Below are positions 59,182 to 64,000 of a stretch of DNA of 64,000 bases, one piece after another. The position numbers were made by a program, and so were the translations under genes. The notes under the pieces are model-generated. The model did not search any database. It had not been told where the DNA came from and worked only from the letters and a program-made list of their open reading frames with translations. Source of the stretch: Dehalococcoidia bacterium (lineage in GTDB: Bacteria; Chloroflexota; Dehalococcoidia; Bin125); contig CAXXRD010000002.1 in NCBI GenBank assembly GCA_963663895.2, positions 512,001 to 576,000 on the forward strand, given 5' to 3'. Within the stretch, counting starts at the first letter, position 1, and each line of letters begins with the position of its first letter.

Positions 59182-60662
59182 TCCGGCATGCGCCAGTGGT
59201 AGACGCACTTACGCAACTCGCGGCGGCCAAAACGTCCCATCTGTTGGCTCGCGTTGCCCTTACCGCGGGGCAACACGCTGATCTCCTCGCACTCGAAGCC
59301 ACACGCCTCCGCAATGTCCGAAAGGATGAGATCAACCGGCACTTCCTCGCCGTGATACTGGACGTTGTCGTTGACCATGATCACGCGCCCTCCAGGACGA
59401 GTGACGCGCGCCAACTCCGCAACGATGACTGCCATTTCCAGGAAGTAGTTCTCGACGAGCCGGATGACATGCGGATTGCCAAGTTCGGCCCGGCGCTGCA
59501 GCAGGGCGTGTAATACTTCATGGAGAGCCGCCTGTGATCGGACAGCGGCTCTGGCTTTCTTCAGCGTGTCAATCCTCGGGTATTCGCGATCGCAGAGCGC
59601 CTCCTTCGAGCGATTCTCGACCGTCGCGCTGATTAGGGCCTGCCGCAGTTCCCCGAAGTCAGCCTTGTCGTAGCCGAGCCACGCCAACTCCAATGCGTAC
59701 GTGCGCGTGTAATCGTAGCGATTGGCATAGGGTGGCGACGTAACGATCAGTTCGACCGAACAATCGGGAATTGAAGCGAGTTCACGCAGCGCTGATCCCT
59801 GCATTAAACACGGAGACTGCCCACCGTAGCGGAGCACAAGATCAGGAGCATCCTCAACAATTTCGACGAGCCGCTGTTCGAGTGCCACCGCGAAGTCAGG
59901 GAGCAGGCCCTTGCGCATGCCACCGCGGAGCGTACGTCCGCAGCGGTCGTCCCACCGGAGGTATTGCCCGTCCTTACGTGTATAGCTCACGTCTTCCAAT
60001 ACGCTCATGCAAGCCACATCAAGGATCGTGCGAATCGGTTCGTCGTCGATCTGATCAAGGAAGGCACGCGCTTTCGCGATCGCATTCTCGGTTTCGGAAG
60101 GGAAGGCGTGCTCGGTGATCGGAACATGCGGGAAGCGGTACACCCTCGGAGCAATGCGGCCCTGCAACGACTTAAGGAGCGCGTCGCCTGCAGCCTCGAT
60201 TGTTCCGCTTCTGACACCGTTGGCCACGAGCGAGATCGCGCGCGCAGCGCGTACGCCGACGGGCATGATTTCGATGCCTGTAGCCTCGCGACCCATGCCG
60301 CTGGCAACAAGGACTGTGGTCCCGATACCCGCGAAAGGGTCGAGTACCGGCCCGTCGGATCCATCGAGGGCACTACGGACCAACTCGGCGGAGAAGCCTT
60401 CCTTGTATCGGAGCCAGCGCAGCCCCGGCTGTGTCTTGTTTCCTTGATACGACACGAGCCGACGAGTTAGTTCATCACGTATGACTAGGCGGTCCGCGAA
60501 GCGCCTGTGGAGGGCGTCACGCTCGGTTCGGTCTGCTTCTCCAATGACGGCCGCCACACCGGATTCGATCCGGTACATGCCTTGCGCGTCCTGCACCGAT
60601 CGCGTTGCGGTCGCCTGTACCATGCGTAATCCCTTCCCCATCGGCGCGACTATACCGCTCAC
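59178..60662 (-). CDS. Site-specific DNA methyltransferase, probably N4-cytosine (start uncertain)
   Basis: Motif I VLDPFAGIGTT precedes motif IV VTSPPY; WLRYKEGFS. Confidence 0.88.
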   Translation of the reverse strand: MSGIVAPMGKGLRMVQATATRSVQDAQGMYRIESGVAAVIGEADRTERDALHRRFADRLVIRDELTRRLVSYQGNKTQPGLRWLRYKEGFSAELVRSALDGSDGPVLDPFAGIGTTVLVASGMGREATGIEIMPVGVRAARAISLVANGVRSGTIEAAGDALLKSLQGRIAPRVYRFPHVPITEHAFPSETENAIAKARAFLDQIDDEPIRTILDVACMSVLEDVSYTRKDGQYLRWDDRCGRTLRGGMRKGLLPDFAVALEQRLVEIVEDAPDLVLRYGGQSPCLMQGSALRELASIPDCSVELIVTSPPYANRYDYTRTYALELAWLGYDKADFGELRQALISATVENRSKEALCDREYPRIDTLKKARAAVRSQAALHEVLHALLQRRAELGNPHVIRLVENYFLEMAVIVAELARVTRPGGRVIMVNDNVQYHGEEVPVDLILSDIAEACGFECEEISVLPRGKGNASQQMGRFGRRELRKCVYHWRMPE

Positions 60663-60843
60663 CAGCTTGCTCAGTCGAACAGTTGAAGAGAACTAGTGTT
60701 CTAAACGGAGGTTATCACATTCTCAACTTCAAGACGGCGCAGATCCACGATCGTCACACCCCGCGCTATCGCTAGCACCCGCGCGCGGGGCCAGGCAAGT
60801 GGAAACCAACAGTGCACCGGCATAGCTCACGCTGACATGACCT

Positions 60844-61026
60844 GTCGATCACTACTAGGTGAATAAGGACAACGCGAGCGGTATTGTCAACAACGTGAAC
60901 CAGTGGTGTGAGGAACTCGAGCAGCCGCGCTACATCCTCGACCTGGTGAAGCGGATCGTGACGGTCAGCGTGGAGACGATGGCGATAGTGCGGGCGCTGC
61001 CGGAGCTGCGGGAGGCGGGCGCCTAA
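60844..61026 (+). pseudogene. C-terminal remnant of a type ISP (LlaGI/LlaBIII-like) restriction-modification enzyme
   Basis: VDHY*VNKDNASGIVNNVNQWCEELEQPRYILDLVKRIVTVSVETMAIVRALP matches the type ISP tail (IDRYQ...D..SGI.ND.N.W....PRYI.DL..RI..VSVET..IV..LP). In-frame TAG at 60856. Confidence 0.82.
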
Positions 61027-62117
61027 CCCGCCACAGGCTCCGCCGGCAACGCCTCGATCGCGTCGGCGGCGCCCGTGACGATGAGCGTGTCGCCGGCGGT
61101 CAGGACGGTATCGGCGGACGGCCCCACGAGCAGCTCGCCGGTGGCGCGGCGCAGTCCCAGCACCACGATGCCCCGGTCGGCGCCGATCGCCCCGATCGCG
61201 GCGCCGTCGAGCGGGGAGCGGGCGCGGACGCCGACCTCGGCCAGCGTCTCCGCACTCGCGCCGGGGCCGAAGGGCGGCTCGGGCGGCTCGGCGGCCGCAC
61301 GGTGCAGCGCCGCGAAGGCGAGACGGTGACCGGCGATCTGCATCGGGGAGATGACGCGGTCGGCGCCGGCTTGGAGCTGCTTGGGGCCGGAATCCTGCTC
61401 GTTGGCGCGCGCCACGATGTAGAGGTCCGGGCGCATCCCCTTGGCGGTGAGCGTGATGAAGGTGTTCTGGGCGTCGCTGGCCGTGACGGCCAGGAGCGCG
61501 CGGGCGCGGTCGAGGCCGGCGCGTTGCAGGACGTCGTTATCGCTGGCGTCGCCCGCAATCACCAGCCAATCGGCGGTCTTGGCGCGGTCGGCCTTGTCGG
61601 GGTCTGGGTCGATCAGGACGAAGGCGGCGCCGTGCCGCTCCAGCTCGGCGGCGACCTCCCAGCCGACGCGCCCTCCTCCGCAGACGATGAAGTGCTCGCG
61701 CAACGCGTTGATGCTGTTCGTCATATGCCAGGCTCCCAGATCCGTGACCAGCTCGCCCTCGACGACGAGCCGGCCCACTCCCGTGAGGATGTAGAGTCCC
61801 ACCGTCACCCCGACCACCGCGAGCGCGATGGTGAACCCGCGTGCGCTCGTCTCCAGCGGCCGCACCTCCTCGAACCCGATCGTGGTGATGGTGATGACGG
61901 TCTGGTAGAGGGCGTCGAAGGCGGGCAGATCGGCGATGACGATGTAGCCCACGACGCCCATGGTCACGACCAGGCAGAGCGCGACCAGGCCATAGAGCAG
62001 CTGCCCGAAGGCGGGGCCGATGACGAGGAGGCGCCACGCGGGCGGCTCCGAGCCGAGCAGCCGCAGCAGCGACCCCAGGAAGGATCCCAGCCGGTAGTGC
62101 AGCCAGGAGGCGACCAT
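61023..62117 (-). CDS. Potassium channel family protein with RCK (TrkA-N/TrkA-C) domains
   Basis: DALYQTVITITTIGFEEV pore, IVCGGGRVG, GDASD...AG, AGADRVISP. Confidence 0.92.
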   Translation of the reverse strand: MVASWLHYRLGSFLGSLLRLLGSEPPAWRLLVIGPAFGQLLYGLVALCLVVTMGVVGYIVIADLPAFDALYQTVITITTIGFEEVRPLETSARGFTIALAVVGVTVGLYILTGVGRLVVEGELVTDLGAWHMTNSINALREHFIVCGGGRVGWEVAAELERHGAAFVLIDPDPDKADRAKTADWLVIAGDASDNDVLQRAGLDRARALLAVTASDAQNTFITLTAKGMRPDLYIVARANEQDSGPKQLQAGADRVISPMQIAGHRLAFAALHRAAAEPPEPPFGPGASAETLAEVGVRARSPLDGAAIGAIGADRGIVVLGLRRATGELLVGPSADTVLTAGDTLIVTGAADAIEALPAEPVAG

Positions 62118-62131
62118 GGGAGCGGCCGCGG

Positions 62132-64000
62132 CTAGGCGCCGCGCAGGGCCCGGCGACGGTTGGCGACGAAGTCGACCAAGACGTACTCCCCCAGCTTGTC
62201 GGGGGTCGTGTAGAAGACGCGGCCCTTGTTGATCTTGGCCATGCTGTTGACGAACTCCTTGAGATGGAAGTTGCGGTCCAGCATGAAGGTGTTGATCACG
62301 ATGTCCTTCTTGGTGCAGCGCTTGACCTCCTTGAGGGTCTCGCGAATCGTGACCGGGCTGGGCGGATAGGCGAAGTAGCTGCGGCCGTGCTCCAGGTGCG
62401 CGGTCGGCTCGCCGTCGGAGATCATGATGATCTGGCGGCTGCCGACCGTGTGCTTGGCCAGCATCGTCTGGGCGATGATGAGGGCGTGGTGCATGTTGGT
62501 GCCGAGGACGGTTTCGTCCCAGCGGGTGTAGGGGAGCTGCTCCTGCTTGAGCTCGCGCGCGTAGGCGCTGAACCCGACCAGGTAGAGGTTGTCGCGGGGG
62601 TAGCGGGTGCGGATCAGGTTGTTGAGCGCCAGGGCGACCTTCTTGGCGGACTGGAAGGAGCCGCGCAGCGCCATCGACCAGGAGAGGTCGAGCATGAGTA
62701 CCGTCGCGGTCTGCGTCAGCAGCTCGGAGCGGTAGACCTCGAAGTCGTCCGGCGCCAGCTCGACGGGCAGCTTCGGCCCCTCGCGGAAGATGGAGTTCAT
62801 CACCGTGGACTCGAGGTGGATGTGGAAGGGATCGCCGAACTCGTAGCGCTTGGTGCGATCGGTGCGCTCGCCGTAGCGGCCGTGCTGGACGAGTGGGTGG
62901 TTGCCGAAGCTCTCCAGCTTGAGGTTGGCGTAGATCTCGGCCAGGGCCGCCTGGCCGATGCGGCGGGTCCCGCGCGGGGTGAGCTCCCAGTTGTTGCCGC
63001 GCTTGCGGATGTAGCCGGCGTCTTCCAGGATCGCGATTAGCGACTTGAGCTGATCGAGCTTCTCGCGGGCCTCCTCGCCCAGGATCGCCTCCAAGCGATC
63101 GGCGTCGACATCGTCGAGGTCGCCGCCGTATTGGGTGTGCTCGATCTGCCGCTCCAGCTCGTCCAAGCCCTGCATCTCGTCCATGAGCGTCATGGCGCCC
63201 TGCAGGTCCAGCTCTTCGTCGCCGCGGAAGGGATAGCGATTGCGCAGATCGCGCATGGGGTAGAGCTGCTCGAGATTGCCGGCGAGCTCGGCCAGGTCGG
63301 CTTCGAGATCGGAGCCGCCGATCATGCCGCCCATCATGCCCTGCAGCTGGTCGCGCGCCTCGCCGGGCAGCGAGTCCAAGAGGTTCTGCATCTGCGCGGC
63401 GCGCTGTTGCATGAGCTCCATCAGCTCGTCGAGGGAGCGGGGCGGGTCGTCGCCAAAGAGGTCGCCGTGCTTCTCCATGAAGGCGTCGAAGTCGGGCTCC
63501 TCGCCGACCATGCGCTGGCGCAGCATCTCGTTGAGATCGCGCACCATCTCTTCGAGGCGCAGCAGGTCGTCCGGACTCATGTCCTGCAGCTGCTGTGAGA
63601 GATTCTTGAAGAACGACTCCACCATTGCCTGCTTGAGCGAGTCGATCAGCTCCTGAAACTTGCGCCGGGCTTCGGGGTCCATGAACTCGTAGCTCTGCAG
63701 CTCGCGCATCCGCCCCGCAGCGTCCGGGGGAAGATCGTCCAGCGCCGCCTGCTTCTGCTGGACGATCTTGCGGAGCATGTCGCCGAACTCTTCGCGGGGA
63801 TCCGCGGCGGCGTCTTCATCCTGCGAACTCGCGGCGGCGGGCTCCGGTTCCGGTTCCGCCGGAGGGCTCGAAGACGCGCTCGTCTCGGATCCCTGCTCCC
63901 CGGATTCGAGACCGGCGAGGCGATCCTCAAGCGCGCCGCGCTCAAGGTCGACGATCTCGTCGATCTTGCCCTGGAGATCCTCGAACACGGACTGCAGGTT
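62132..64000 (-). CDS. VWA domain-containing protein (5' end outside the window)
   Basis: MIDAS DLSWS, GTNMHHAL, ISDGEPTAH; long helical N-terminal region, open to the window edge. Confidence 0.88.
   Translation of the reverse strand, partial: NLQSVFEDLQGKIDEIVDLERGALEDRLAGLESGEQGSETSASSSPPAEPEPEPAAASSQDEDAAADPREEFGDMLRKIVQQKQAALDDLPPDAAGRMRELQSYEFMDPEARRKFQELIDSLKQAMVESFFKNLSQQLQDMSPDDLLRLEEMVRDLNEMLRQRMVGEEPDFDAFMEKHGDLFGDDPPRSLDELMELMQQRAAQMQNLLDSLPGEARDQLQGMMGGMIGGSDLEADLAELAGNLEQLYPMRDLRNRYPFRGDEELDLQGAMTLMDEMQGLDELERQIEHTQYGGDLDDVDADRLEAILGEEAREKLDQLKSLIAILEDAGYIRKRGNNWELTPRGTRRIGQAALAEIYANLKLESFGNHPLVQHGRYGERTDRTKRYEFGDPFHIHLESTVMNSIFREGPKLPVELAPDDFEVYRSELLTQTATVLMLDLSWSMALRGSFQSAKKVALALNNLIRTRYPRDNLYLVGFSAYARELKQEQLPYTRWDETVLGTNMHHALIIAQTMLAKHTVGSRQIIMISDGEPTAHLEHGRSYFAYPPSPVTIRETLKEVKRCTKKDIVINTFMLDRNFHLKEFVNSMAKINKGRVFYTTPDKLGEYVLVDFVANRRRALRGA

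Noticed and set aside
61860-61900. Non-canonical K+ filter TIGFEE
   Set aside because: This variant is common in two-TM RCK channel proteins and is not novel.

Overview
A GC-rich bacterial window whose gene content resembles Chloroflexota of the Dehalococcoidia/SAR202 type, possibly a sponge symbiont (inference only). The left 41 kb is a catabolic region built from tandem paralog arrays. It holds at least 4 amidase-signature enzymes led by one GatC/AtzG-like small protein, 3 LLM/F420-type oxidoreductases, 7 SnoaL/NTF2 (BaiE/LinA-like) proteins and 5 family III CoA-transferases. These are followed by SDRs, a thiolase, a Cys-less 4-hydroxybutyryl-CoA-dehydratase/HpaB-family protein, a one-A/two-B hydantoinase/oxoprolinase set, an enoyl-CoA hydratase, a peptide-type ABC transporter without a binding protein and an Fe-ADH. 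Two restriction-modification islets interrupt the window. The first has an IS5 remnant, 3 orphan small genes and a type IIG-like enzyme. The second has an XcyI-like endonuclease and an m4C methylase next to a decayed type ISP tail. The right part carries two DUF3179 lipoproteins, an Lrp/AsnC-SnoaL fusion regulator, HU, a selenocysteine-encoding selD with a candidate SECIS, lhgO, recF, a K+ channel and a VWA protein. About ten +1 frameshifts between 16.4 and 24.6 kb look like long-read consensus errors. I saw no rRNA, tRNA or CRISPR array.
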